Positions 13,530-26,434 are shown, numbered from the stretch's first letter. The stretch is DNA of 64,000 nucleotides from Octopus vulgaris (GCA_951406725.2 OX597820.1:114638001-114702000), one strand, 5' to 3'. Numbers and translations are program-made. The notes: generated from the sequence alone by a model not told the origin.

Positions 13530-14300
13530 TTCTTAGTTCAAATCCTGCAGTGGTGCTTGACTTTGCTGTTCATCTTTTTGGGGTCAATAAAACGAGTGCC
13601 AGTTAAGCACTGGGGTCAATGTAATTGTCTTAACTCCTCCTCCAAAATTGCTGGCCTTGTGTCTAAATTTGAAATCATTATTATTATCTTTTCGTTGTCA
13701 ATGAGATAAATACTGGGATCGTTGTAGTTGACTAACCCTTCCTCTCAGAATTGCTGGCCCTGTGCAAAAAATTGAAATACTGATGTTTAGGTAGTGAGCT
13801 GGTAGCATCATTAGCTCATCAGACATAATGCTTAGTGGCATCTCTTCTGGCTTTTCACATTCTGAGTCAGCTCTGCCTCTCATCCTGTCTGGGTTGATAA
13901 AATAAAGTACCTGTCAAATACTGAGGTTGATGTAATTGACTTGCGGCTCCCTCTAAAATTGCTGACGTTGTGCCAAAGTTGGAGACAGTTCTTATTATTA
14001 TGATGAAGGGCAGTGAGCTGGCAGAATTGTTAGCATGCCAGGCCAAATGCTTTGTGGCATTTCATCCGTCTTCAGTTTCTGTGTTTAAATTCTGCCAAGG
14101 TCAATAAGTCGCAGTCAAGTGCTGGGGTCGATGTGATCGATTATACACCTTCCCACTAATTCTAGGTCTTGTGCCTATAGTAGAAAGGATTACTATTAGC
14201 ATTATTTTGAAGACACGATATTGACAGAATTGGTATAGTGCTGAAGTTTTTAGTTTTAGTTTCACTGTAGATTGACTTCACCTTTACTGTCCACTTTGGG
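13530..14300 (+). mobile_element. Cluster of degenerate tRNA-derived SINEs (GAGCTGGCAGAA...GGTCGATAAAATAAGTACCAGT family)
   Basis: Several diverged copies homologous to the young copies at 49815 and 56992. Confidence 0.7.
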
Positions 14301-14317
14301 TCCAAGCCTACACTACA

Positions 14318-14590
14318 CATCATCATCATCATCATCGTTTAACATCCGTTTTCCATGCTAGCACGGGTTGGATGGTTCGACCGGGGTCTGGGAAGCCAGG
14401 ACGCTGCACCAGGCTCCAGTCTGATTTAGCAGTGTTTCTACAGCTGGATGCCCTTCCTAACGCCAACCACTCCGTAAATGTAGTGGCTGCTTTTTATGTG
14501 CCAGGGGAGGCTGGCAGAGGTCACAATTGGTTGGAGCTTTTTAGGTGCCACCGGCACAGAAGCTAGTCAAGGTGGCACAGGTATCACAAC
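14318..14590 (-). mobile_element. RTE-tail element
   Basis: (CAT)n CGTTTAACATCCGTTTTCCATGCTAGC... Confidence 0.75.
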
Positions 14591-14854
14591 TCATTATTAC
14601 ATTGTTTATTGTTATACGGTTATATTTGGTGCTGTGATACATTGTTACACACACACACACACACACACACAGATGTGATAAATCTTGAAAACTCTTCCAG
14701 GTTCACAGCTTATACATACACACATGAAGGCAAAAGTAACTTTGTCCCTAATGACTTGTTTTCCAATACCTTCAAACACTGCACCCTAGATCTAGACCCT
14801 ACCCTCACCAAAACTTTTCAATCTCTCTTTTTCTGTAGGAACCTTTTTCTTTTC

Positions 14855-15070
14855 CTCCTTAATGACCACCAGTATGGTTTTTGAACAGACTTATCTATTG
14901 AAAACCTACTTCACCATATCACTCACCAATGGAGTCTCATCCTTGAGGAATTTGCTGAAAGTTGTATGTGATGTCAGTAAAACATTTTTGACTGTGTAGC
15001 ACTTGATTGAATCTTGTAGCAAAACTGCTCGCCTATAGGCTCCATCTGTCTCTTGTCTCCTAAATTGAAG
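14855..15070 (+). mobile_element. Highly degraded non-LTR RT fragment
   Basis: Remnants of the QYGFR and D.SKAFD motifs (LNDHQYGF*, DVSKTF, AKLLAY). Confidence 0.5.
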
Positions 15071-15371
15071 GCTTTATTGTGTGGGGGTTGGAACTTGTGC
15101 TACTAGCATGTCCAGCTGTTTTCACTTAGCTCTTTGGATGACTGTTAATTCCTTGAGGTAGTGGGAGACTCACTGCGGTGGAATCTGCGTAGACATGAAT
15201 TTATGGTATGAAGATTGAGTCATTTCTGTCCCAGTGACCTAATAATGGCGACAGAAGGTGACCACTACCATGTGTTTACAGTCATGAAGGGAACTTCTCA
15301 GCAGTTGCTTGATTTGTTATAACTAGCTGCGGCAGTCCCTCAGATTGCTTCTTACCCTTTTAAAAAAGAGA

Positions 15372-15710
15372 GGCACTTTTTGGTTATCGTACCTCATTAA
15401 AAAATTGGGTTAACCCCCCCCCACCTCGTTTTACGAGAAGTATCGGTACTTTTGGTTATCTCCTTCAACTAAAAAACTGTTTAACCCTCAATAAAACAAA
15501 AACAAAAAATGCCAAAATTAATAAGCATTAAGAGTGAAAAGACGAAACATAGTTTTGACTGATAATATTTTTATAACAAATCATAGCATTCCCGTTGAGG
15601 AAGCCAAACTTCAACCCTTTTAATCCAATCTCTTGTCTCCACATTAATTCGATTTTTTAGTGGGGAAATAAATCTATTTTTTAATGGGGCTGAGATGACC
15701 AAAAAGTACT
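15372..15710. mobile_element. MITE family B (GGTAC-type TIR), Merlin-like
   Basis: TIRs are GGCACTTTTTGGTTATC..CTCATTAAAAAA / TTTTTAATGGGGCTGAGATGACCAAAAAGTACT. The flanks AAAAGAGA / AAAAGGGG look like a decayed 8-bp TSD. A second copy is at 47491-47749. Confidence 0.65.
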
Positions 15711-16650
15711 AAAAGGGGAACACTTCTAATCCTGTCTTTTATCTTTTATTGGTTACAAGTCATTAGATTGTGGTCATGCTGGAGCACTGCCTTGTATGTA
15801 TACACGCGCGCAAAGATGGATAGATTACACCCGGAACCTCTTTGGTTATAGGTTTAAAATCTGAGTAAAGCTCTTCTTTCAAGGTATCCCAGGTGGTCTG
15901 AAATCGATTTCGTTTTACTCTCTAACACATCCAGGTGGTTAGTCGGAAGGCGGTCTCATATGTTGCTACTACTACAATTACTAACTGTTACTACAATTAC
16001 TGCTGCTGTTCTAAAATGCAGTAAATAAACGTTTTGAGGAGTTAATTTAAAATTGTTTGGGTAGTAAGGACAGTAATTTGACACATATTTTATTCACTCC
16101 ACCTTTGAGTAAACCGAATACCATTTCAAGTCAGCAAGAGGTACGTAAAGCATGATGAAGGAGGGTTAACGTGAAAAATCGTTACACCGGGACTTAAAAT
16201 ATTTTCTAGGTGTCTGTTTGCCTTACCTTGAGGTATTTCTACATATATGGTTGTGTGTGTGTGTGTTGTTTATGGAACGTTGAAGGGTGGGAAAATATGA
16301 TCAAACATCGGTGGGGTTTTTTTGGGGTAGGGCGGGGGTGTATTTTATCGAATTACCTGCGTTTCAGAATTTGTTGGGTTTTTATAAAATGACGAAATGT
16401 ATCGACTTCTTCTCACTCCCAGGTCCCTTAATTTTCGTTTTGATCGAGACAACCATTCCGAAAGGTATCGGATACATTTCAAGAAAGTGTTTTTTTTATA
16501 TGTGTGTGTATGTATGTGTATATATGTGTGTGTGTATGTATATATATATATATATGTGTGTATGTGTATGTATATATATATATATATGTGTGTATGTATA
16601 TATATGTATGTGTGTGTATGTATGTATATATGTGTGTGTATTTATGCGTG

Positions 16651-16691
<41 letters not shown>

Positions 16692-17340
16692 TGTGAGAAC
16701 CACCTCTTCATCTCCCTTCATTTATCTGTCTTTGTCTTTGTTTCTTTTTAATATGTGGATATACGGTTGCTCTAAATAGACACAAATGGTTGTAAATAAA
16801 AAAGACCCTCGAGTCTAGATGCTCATTTGGCTTTTCAAAACAGAAATCATCTATTTTTCATTCCAGTCATAGAAACACAACATCACAATGTTTACAATAT
16901 GTAGTTCATTGTGACAGCTGCTGCTGTAGTAGTTGTGCCATTTAAACATTGGTTGTAGCAGCTCACCTCTGGGATCTTTGCCCATTTAACTTTTACTGGG
17001 TTTAAGTCTGTTCCACTGTTAGACGACATTAAGAAATAATTTAAGTGGAAAGGATTCAATTTGGGCATTAGGTGGTTCCAGGGTGATGGCCAGGTGGTCG
17101 GGTGGGTGACGGTATAAGCTTCCACTAATGTAAACTAACTTCTAGTTTAGACTAATTTCTAAATTCATTTATGCTCTGGGATAGGGCGAGCTTGAATTTC
17201 TGTCATTTTTATGAATTCTATTATTGACCCCGTTTCTAGTTTCTTTCTCGACTCTGTACGGAGACGACGGACGGCGACGACAGGATTCCTAACAATAGTG
17301 ACTAACACGTATACACATTCCTTGGCCGCGACAGAACAAC

Positions 17341-17480
17341 ATGGAAAGCGACAACCAGACACAACAGAATGTGTTGGAAGGGAGTTTTCGCGAAGCAGCT
17401 GCCTGTGGGGACATGGAAAAACTTACCGAAATCGTGGAGAGTGGTGTGGATGTTAATTCACAGAGCAGTCTTCATGGGTG
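17341..17480 (+). CDS. ANKRD40: ANKRD40-like, alternative first coding exon 1B
   Basis: It translates as MESDNQTQQNVLEGSFREAAACGDMEKLTEIVESGVDVNSQSSLHG. As recalled, VESGVDVNSQ matches human ANKRD40 exactly. A phase-2 donor TG|GTAAAT lies at 17481. This frame is absent from the ORF track. Confidence 0.85.
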
Positions 17481-17619
17481 GTAAATATTACACAACAAAA
17501 CACGTGTACATATGTTAGAGTGTGTCTGTCTTCCTAGTGTGTGTGTGTGTGTGTGTGTTAAACGATGATAGGGCGATCTTTCGTTTTCTTCCGGTTTTAT
17601 GTCTTGTTCAAATTTCCAG

Positions 17620-19560
17620 GTCGACTTTAGTACTTATTTTATCGATCTTTTTAGGGTCGTAATCGATTAGCCCCCCTCCTCTAATTTTCCAGGCCTTGTG
17701 CCTATAGCTGAAAGGATTATTAAAGGTGGCGGGCTGGAAGAATCGCTACCACATCAGAAAAAAATGTCTAGCGGCATTTCTTCCGACCTTATGTTCTGAG
17801 TTCAAATCATGCTGGGGTTGATAAAATAAATACCAGTTGAATATTGGAGTTGATATAATCGACTAGACCTCGTTCTCCGAAATTGCTGGCCTTGTGCCAA
17901 AATTTGAAATCATTTTTAAGGTGACAAGCTGGCTGAATTGTTAGCATGCTGGGCAAAATGCTCAGCTGCATTTCGTGTCTTTATGGTCTGAACTCAAATT
18001 CGACTTTACCTTTCATCCTTTTGGGGTCAATGAAATAAGTACCTGTTGCGCACTGGGGTCAATGTAATCGACTAGCCCACTCCCCAAAAGTTCAGGCTTT
18101 GTGCCTATAATAGAAGGGATTATTGTTATTGTTATGGCAGTGAATTTGCTGACTCATGAGTGTTTTAAAGAAATGTTTTGCAGTATTTGTTCTGACTCTT
18201 TAGTTTCTGAGATCAAATCCTGCAGAGGTCTACTTTGCCTTTCATCCCTCTAGGATTGATAAAATAAAGTGCCAATCAAGTACTGAGGGTCATTGCAATC
18301 AACTAACTCCTATCAGAAATTGCTGGCTTTGTGCCTAAATTATTGTCAGGATGGTGGATGGCAGACACATTAGAGAGCTTCAGATAGAAGGTTTTGCAAC
18401 ATTTGTTTAGGCTGTTTGCATTTTGAAATTGAATTCTGTCAAGGTCAACTTTACTTTTCATCCTTTCAGGGCCAGGGTTGACTGCTGGTCTTGTGTCTAA
18501 TTTAGAAATTGTTGTTGTTGAATTCAAATCCCCTGAAGATGAACTTCACCTTTCAACTCTACAGAGTCAATAAAGTACTTGTCTTGTACTAGGGTTGATG
18601 GTATCAACTAACTCCCTTCCCCTCAGAATTGCTGGCCTTTTGAAAAAAAATCAAAAATAACAACAAAACCATAATTAGCTAGAAAAATTGTTAGCATAAT
18701 TTCTTTTGGCTCTTTACACTTTGACTTAAAATTCCCTTAACCCTTTAGCATTCAAACCGGCCATATCCGGCCAAAAGTATTCTGCCTATTTTATGTTCAA
18801 ACTGGCCAGATCTGGTCTCTCACACCAACCCTACAATATCGTTTTAAAAATTAACAGCTACCTCATCAAAATCTCATAGCTACAAGATAATGCATGATTA
18901 GTTCAAAACAATGTGGATAAAAAAGGATTAACTTTGGCAGAATAATGTGAACACTAAAGGGTTAAGGATAACTTGGCTTTACATCCTTTTCGGGTTAATG
19001 CAACAAATACCAGTTGAATACTGGGTTTCATGTAATTGATTAACCCCCCACCCCCCCACCCCTCTTCCAAAATTGTTGGCCTTGTGCCAAAACTTGAAAC
19101 CATTATTATTATTTCAAGTGGCGAGCTGGCAGAATCATTACTGCACCGGACAAAATACATAGTAGCGATTCTTCTGTCTCTCTATATATTCTGGGTTCAA
19201 ATGCTGCCGGGGTTGACTTTGCTTTTCATCCTTTCCGGGTCGATAAAGTAAGTACCAGTTGAGCACTGGGGTTGATGTAATCAACTTACCCCATTCCCCA
19301 AATTTGCTGACCCTGTTCCAAAGTTTCAAACCGTTATTTAAGGTGGCAAGCTGGCAGAATTGTTAGCACACTGGGTAAACTGCTTAGCAGCATTTCATCT
19401 GTCTCTACATTCTAAGTTCAAATTCTACCAAGGTTGACTAAGCCTATCATCCCTTCAAAGTCTATAAAATAAATACCAGTTGAGAACTGTGGTCAATATA
19501 ATCGACTTACCCCTCCCCTAAAACTGCTATCTTTGTGCCAAAATTTAAAACCATTATTAT
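17620..19560 (+). mobile_element. Head-to-tail array of about 8 diverged tRNA-SINE copies
   Basis: Unit starts (AAGGTGGCRAGCTGGCAGAAT-like) fall near 17722, 17918, 18135, 18350, 18520, 18675, 19116 and 19340. Each unit ends in GCTGGCCTTGTGCCAAAATTTGAAA-like sequence. Confidence 0.75.
18741..18961. mobile_element. piggyBac-type MITE
   Basis: TTAA|CCCTTTAGCATTCA...TGAACACTAAAGGG|TTAA gives a TTAA target duplication and CCC/GGG termini. It sits inside a SINE. A related copy is at about 36296-36503. Confidence 0.85.
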
Positions 19561-20540
19561 TATTATTGTTGTTGTTGTTGTTTTGAAAGTGGACAGAAGT
19601 GTTTTCATAAGCTAAGTTTTGGGCCAGTTTTCATTGGAAATATTGTTAAACCTATTGATATTTTTGTATATTTGTGTGGCCAAGCCGACTGGGCTCTTGC
19701 TGAGCTAATTAGGCAGAATTTTCCCCTTTTAGGGGTGAATTTTTCATTTTAAAACTTCAAATTTTGTTTTTGAAACTTGTAAATTTTGTCAAAATGTCTT
19801 TGAAGAGAACAGTAAGCTGTTCCCTTCTTTGTCTACCACACCCTCTGCAGATGGACAGCAAGACAAGTCGAGTGTCAAATGTGAATGCGCTCCACCTGAT
19901 TCACGCCTTAAAAGGCAAAGAAGATAAGGTAAAATGGTGTTCCACCTCGTGCAGCACTACTGAAGAAAATGAAGGCTGTTCTTTGGACCCCCTTTCAAAT
20001 GTGGTCTCACCACCACTATTGCTCCTACACCGGAGAAGGAGGAAGAGAGGAGTAACAACATGGCTACCAAAGAAACCAACACAAGCAACAACAAAACCCA
20101 TTTTGTAATGGTTTCGCATCCGCAGCAAATCTCAGAGGAAATCAATGTTACAATGGATGAAATAAAAAAAATGCAAAGGAGTTGTTAAGGAAGGATGGAA
20201 ACAATATAATCAACTAGCCTCTTCCCCCAAATTTCAGACCTTGTGCTTATATTACAAGGGAAGAAATAATAAATGAAATAAGTCCCAGTTCTGAACCGGG
20301 TTGCTGCGACTGACTTACACTTCTCCTCAAAAACTTCTGGTCCTGTGCCAAAAATTGAAGCCATTATTATTAGTATCATTCTTTTTAACTCGGGGGTTTT
20401 GTTGGAATTCCTGGAGTCTTGCATGTGTAATAGGCTTCCTACCTGCAGCCTACAGTACCAGACTATCTGTTCTTTTCAACTATCTAATACTTTCCTGATT
20501 GTTCTGGTAATGCCATCATCATCATCATCATCATCATCAT

Positions 20541-20920
20541 TATACTCTTTTACTTGTTTCAGTCATTTGATTGCAGCCATGCTGGAGCACCGCATTTAGT
20601 CGAGCAAATCGACCCCAGGACTTATTCTTTGTTAGCCTAGTACTTATTCTATCAGTGTCTTTTGCCAAACCGCTAAGTTGCAGGGACGTAAACACACCAG
20701 CATCAGTTGTCAAGCAATGTTGGAGGGACAAACATATACACACACATACATATATATGATGGGCTTCTTTCGGTTTCTGTCTACCAAATCTACTCACAAG
20801 GCTTTGGTTGGCCCGAGGCTATAGTCGAAGACACTTGCCCGAGGTGCCACGCAGTGGGATTGAACCCGGAACCATGTGGTTCGTATGCAAGTTACTTACC
20901 ACACAGCCACTCCTACACCT
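20541..20920 (-). mobile_element. tRNA-derived SINE with a CR1-like 3' tail
   Basis: The minus strand has a tRNA-like head (GTGGCTGTGTGGTAAG...GGTTCAATCCC) and the tail GCGGTGCTCCAGCATGGCTGCAATCAAATGACTGAAACAAGTAAAAGA. Confidence 0.85.
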
Positions 20921-21461
20921 AAGACAGAAACAGTTGAACTCTTGACAACAACATTGCAGTATTTAGTTGTGTAAAGTGACTGGAATAGTTGAGACTAAAA
21001 CCAGTATTTAGTCTTCATGTTTTGTACTTTAAATGATACTATGGTTGACTACTTTTCATTTTCCTGAGGTCAATAGAATAAATACCGGTCAAGTTAGTAT
21101 TATGGATTTTACAGTTCCTGAAGATTTGCTTCCTTGTGCCAAAGCTAGTAATCGTTATAATTATATCCTTATTGTTTACTTGGAGATGGTCATATTTTGC
21201 CAATTAAACATGCACACACTATACATTTGATCTTCACTTCAGCTTTATTATTATTATTATTATTTTAGTCTCTTAGTCCAAGCTCTTTCCTCACACATCC
21301 TGAGACCTCTTCAGCAACTCTATCTCACATGTCTACTCTTATTCTTTAATTGGCAAACTATGACCATCCTTATCTATAATTATAACTATCTGTATCTATG
21401 ATTTCTTGTCAAGATTCTTCCAAAACAAATACATATCATTATTTATTTATTTTAATTTCAG

Positions 21462-21610
21462 TACTGCTTTGCACTGGGCTACCATTAGAAACCATACATC
21501 TGTTGTTGCTTTCCTTTTGACACATGGTGCAGATAAAAATATAAAAAATTTCGATGGTAACATCCCTGCTGAATTAACATCAGACTCCACCATACATCAG
21601 TTACTGGGAG
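21462..21610 (+). CDS. ANKRD40: ANKRD40-like exon 2 (second ankyrin repeat)
   Basis: Acceptor TTTAATTTCAG| precedes TALHWATIRNHTSVVAFLLTHGADKNIKNFDGNIPAELTSDSTIHQLLG, followed by donor G|GTAAGC. Phases are 2-1. Confidence 0.93.
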
Positions 21611-22133
21611 GTAAGCAACTGTTTGTTATTCTAGTAAAACTCATATCATCATTCATCATCATCATCTTTTAACATCCATGTTTGACGTTGGCATGGATTA
21701 GATAGTTTGACAGGATTCAAAGGGCCCTGCTCCCCTGTCTGGTTTGACATGTTTTCTATGGTTGGATGCCCTTCCCAATGTCAACCACTTTACAATGTGT
21801 ACTGGTTGATGACAAACTCCAAGAGAGATGTATTCTCTCTTGAGTTAAGCCTGAGCAGCCAACTACTGTAATTAAATTAACTGTGCACCTTTTCCACATT
21901 ATCATTATCATTTAATGTCCATGCTCCAAGGTGGCACAAGCTGGATGGTTGGATGGCAGGATTTGATGGGTCCAAGAATTGCAAAGTGCTCCACTGTCTA
22001 CTTTAGCACAGTTTCTATGGCTGGATGCCCTTCCCAACGCCAGTCACTTTACAGCATGTACTAGGTGCCTTTTTCATGCCACTGGCACCAGTGAAGTTGC
22101 CATGCAGCTTGCAAGACAATGAAACTGAGAAAG

Positions 22134-22955
22134 GTGCCTTCAAGGCACTTTACACTCAGAACTCTCTCCAACATCTTGTGGACGCAATGGATTCGTATGA
22201 GAATTTCAAGTTAAAGGAGTACTGGCATTACTTCACGATCACAATGTGCCTGTCAGTCATCCATGCTGCTCTTAAAGACATGAAAACAGAAACCTTCATC
22301 ACATGCTGGAAGAAGGTGTGGCCAGAGTGTGTCCAGGACTACAAGAGCTTCTCACCTGAAGTTATTCAGCATGAGGCTGTCAACAAAGTGAGGAAACTGG
22401 CAAAGGTACTTGGTGGTGAAGGTTTTGATGGCATCACACAAGATGAGGTCAACAACCTCATCAATGCCCACTCTGAAACCCTGACAAAGATTTGTTGGAG
22501 TTAATGAAGTCTGCCAGCAAAGAAGAGGAGGAAGTGCTAGATCCAGAGGAAGATGAGGTGGGCCTGGCAGTCAAACGTCTGTCCAACCTTTTAAGGACAG
22601 TAAAGGAATTGCAAGTGAAGGTGGAAGCATGGGATCCCTATATAGTTCGGTCTCTCCAATATAAAAATGCTATCACTGCTGCTATGCAGACATATAAAAC
22701 TCTCCTCAGACCATGAAGAAACAACAACAGCAACTTCCCATCACGATGCTCCTCAAGCCCACCAAGAAAGCCTTGCATGAAGATACGACATCCCCTGAAA
22801 CAGCTGAAGAAGAGGCGTCACCTGAAGAGCTTTAAATCTTCTTTGCTGTGCAGTCATTGCCATCATTATCTTCATCATCATCATCTTAAATCAATACCAT
22901 TCTTTATTGGTGAGTGACTGTACATTTTATTTTATTTTTTATTAAATTACTATTA

Positions 22956-22996
<41 letters not shown>

Positions 22997-24310
22997 CAAA
23001 ATGGGACAAGAACGCAAAACATCCAGACAGTTAGGTAATACAAAAAAAGGGACAACAAAACATCCAGATAGACGATATAAAGAAAACAAGGATGGGTCAT
23101 TCGGAGTTTTCTTTCCTCAGTCAAGTTCCAGATTATCTTTGCAATTGCGGCTGGTTATACTCGAGATTGCTCCAATCTGACCAGCCCCAAAGAAAAACTA
23201 AACTCAGAGCATTAGATTCCTTGGAAGAAAGTAGCGAATGTATACGAAAACAAGGATGGAAAAAAACAGAGTATGTTACGCAAATACAAATAACAGGACA
23301 TAACAACAGGTGTCTTTCAACTAAGGATGAATTGAATCAAGCTGGTGTGTGTAGAAATAAAGCCTTACAGTAGGGATACAGGATTTCACAGGCACAAGGA
23401 GGAATATAGATGTTGCATGGACGGCGACCGAACCAAGAAAGAAAGATCAGGCTTGGCCGAACACCAGTCACGTGGTGAGAGAGAGGTAGAGGCAGAGGGG
23501 CAAGAAAAAATGACAGGGTCACAGTGAAGTGAAAAGAGGAGGGAAAGTGAGCAAGAAGAGAAGGCAAGGAAATGTGAGAGAGGGGGAACGAAAGAAAGAA
23601 GGGTACACTTTGGTCTCTTATATGTAAGTATATATTTATCTAAATCTTGTACAACTCTATTCTTTCTTTCGTTCCCCTCTCTCACATTTCCTTGTCTTCT
23701 CTTCTTGCTTACTTTCCCTCATCTTTTCACTTCACTGTGTCCCTGTCATTTTTTCTCGCCCCATCCTTAATTCTTTTGTCCTTCTAGCTCTCTCTCTTCT
23801 CTCCCCACGTGACCGATGTTCAGCCAAACCTGATCTTTCTTTCTTGGTTTGGCCATCATCCATGCAAAGGCTATATTCCTCCCTGTGCCTGTGAAATCTT
23901 GTATCCCTGCCGTGGGGCTTTATTTCCTCTCACGCCAGCTTGATTTAATTTGTCCTTAGTCGAAAGACACCTGTTGTTATGTCCTGTTATTTGTATTTGC
24001 GTAACATTCTCCGTCTTTTTTTTTCCATCCTTGTTTTCTTTGTATTGTCTATCTGGATGTTTTGTTGTCTCTTTTTGGTATCACCTAACTGTCTGGATGT
24101 TTTGCGTTCTTGTCCCATTTTGTATTTTTTATATATATATACACACACACACACATATATACATACATATATATGTGTGTGTATATATATATATTATGTC
24201 ATATTTTGACATTTATAGGCATTTTTATGGATCATGTCCAATATTCACGATTTTTCACTATTCGTGGGTGTTCTAGGAACCTAACCCCTGCGAATACCTT
24301 GGGACTACTG
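22134..24310 (+). mobile_element. Tigger/pogo DNA transposon 3' half, interrupted by a fold-back insertion
   Basis: AFKALYT...CWKKVWPECV..F...LAKVLGGEGF resembles a TIGD1-like transposase C-terminus. The right end CCCCTGCGAATACCTTGGGACTACTG|TA is at 24310. Confidence 0.8.
22990..24130. mobile_element. ~1.1-kb fold-back element between (TA)n tracts, probably Penelope-LTR-derived
   Basis: 22990-23095 plus 23245-23600 are the reverse complement of about 23660-24130. The left arm has an extra ~150 bp. Confidence 0.7.
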
Positions 24311-24447
24311 TATAACAAAATAGACCAGCCCAAAACTTAACGGCAATTTAATTAAATAGCCAATTAACAGTAGGAATGTTCCAAATATGTTTTATTACCC
24401 CTATTTCCTTTTCGAACCTTTATTGTTTTCTTCTCCTTTATTTCTAG

Positions 24448-24615
24448 TCTCAGATGCAGCTGCTTTGGATATAAAGGAACCCAACTTACCAATTCATCCC
24501 AATTATTTAGCTCATCCTGTATTTCCGCACACAACACCTACGCAGTCCACACCTTCAAGTGCCCCTCAACAGCTGCCTCCATCCAAAGGAATATATTCAT
24601 ATAACACTGAGAATG
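24448..24615 (+). CDS. ANKRD40: ANKRD40-like exon 3a (linker, symmetric phase 1-1)
   Basis: Acceptor TTTATTTCTAG| precedes VSDAAALDIKEPNLPIHPNYLAHPVFPH...SKGIYSYNTEN, matching the ANKRD40 LPFVPNYLANPAFP motif. Donor G|GTTAGT follows. Length is 168 nt. Confidence 0.9.
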
Positions 24616-26399
24616 GTTAGTAGAAACATTATTCTTTTTGTCTTGATATCTTCACCTTTTTTTTTTTTTGTTATCTCCCTCAATCTTCTCTGCTGTCCCC
24701 TATGCGATCGTTTTTCATCTTCATATCCTCATTTCTCTGTATCCTTTTTTCTGTTCACTCTTTTCCATTGCTCACCTTTGTCTCTTTTATACTATTCCCA
24801 CCTTTTCTTTTTTTTTTTTTTTTGGCTGTCCCTCTATATTGGTTTCAAATTTTGGCACAATGCCAGCAACTTCAGGAGAGTGGGTAAGCCAATTACATCA
24901 ACCCTATTACTCAACTGGCACTTATTTTACCAACTCTGAAAGGATGAAAGGTAAAGTCGACCTCAGCAGAGTTGGAACCCAGAATGTAAAGACAATGAAA
25001 TACCTCTAATTATTTTTTACCTGCCGTTCTAACAATTCTTCCAGCTTGCTGCTTGCTATCCCTGTATATTGTTGAAACATCTGAAGAGATCAACCCAATG
25101 ATTTTCAGTGTCTTCCTTATGCTAACAAATGAGGATACAAACATTAAATCCATCAAATCAGTGAGACCCATCATACAGTATCATGTTTTTATGTTGGACA
25201 CTGAATATCAAGATCGTATTTTCCGCTTCTAAATGACAAATACCTCTTTCTGGAATAATTACCTCCCTTATACCGATATTCTATTTGGGAAACGAAATTT
25301 GTCTCATTGCTTTGAACCCCACAGGATCTGGCAATAAAAACCAGCTCAGTGAATTATGAGGTTTCTTGAAAGTATTAAATAGACATTTTGTAGTTAGTTG
25401 TTGTTTAACCCCTATCCTCTTCGAATCAGCCCCAATCCAGCAGGTCTATATTCGAGCGTTTCAGTTGTGACCATCCTATCTTTTATTCAGACATTGTGTA
25501 TCAAGGACTACATTATCCACTGTGTCCTTCCTTATTTAAGATGGTATTAGTATGTATTTTTTTAGGGTGATTTGGCTGCTATTTCTAGCAGACTGAGCTA
25601 ACATATAATACTCCTTTATTCGATTTGGGTTTCAAAGCTTTTGAAGATTAAAGTAAGAATCAGTTCATTATCGATGATGCTCAACCATCCCTCACCAGTC
25701 CTAAGAATTGATGCTGGATCAATTGTTGTTGTCATTTGCATAATACCATTGTTGGTGCAATGGGTCCTCCTCATCATCATTTAATGTCTGTTTTCCATGC
25801 TGGTATGAGTTGTGTAGTTTAACAGGATCCAACAAGTTGAAGGACTACATTGAGCCCCAGGGTCTGTTTTGGTATAGTTTCTATGGCTGAATGCCTTTCC
25901 TAATGCCAACTGCTTCACAGAGTGTACTGCATGTTTTTTAGCATGATACTGGCGCTTTGCAAGAGAAGGACAAAGTTCCCTTGACTGGGTGGAGTTGTAG
26001 TACAAGTCTTTATGCCAGGATTGAGATGCTGAAATATAGTAGAGGAACAGACACAGGTATCATGCTATAAAGGGGATAAAAAGCTACCCCACATTATATA
26101 AGGGTGAGTGAGGATAGCTGGAAGGAAGACAAAGATGGTGGTAGTGAGACTTGGAAGTTACAAAAAGGTGAATATATAAGAGAAGATCAGAAGTGGAGAT
26201 GTTCATAGATGGGCAGGTAAGTTCATTAGAGTGTAATAGGAGAGTGACAGACAGTTCAGAGAGTGAGATAGAGATGAATGATAAACCAGGGTGGAGGTTT
26301 TTATTGGTGATAAGTAAGAGATTGGAGGAGAAAGTGAAAGAACTAGGAATGGCTCAGGAAGGAGGTGATATGTAGCAGTACAGGAATGGTAAAGAGTAG

Positions 26400-26401
26400 T
26401 A

Positions 26402-26434
<33 letters not shown>

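Noticed and set aside
17299-17340. ACTAAC and CAG upstream of exon 1B, suggesting 1A and 1B splice in tandem
   Set aside because: That acceptor is phase 0, so joining 1A gives TA|A = stop. The pyrimidine tract is also weak.
17211-17456. 81-aa ORF overlapping exon 1B
   Set aside because: It is in the wrong frame with no recognisable similarity; the ANKRD40 frame starts at 17341.
23095-23135. Hammerhead on the minus strand (CTGAGGA...CCGAAT)
   Set aside because: It has GAAT instead of GAAA and no convincing stems.
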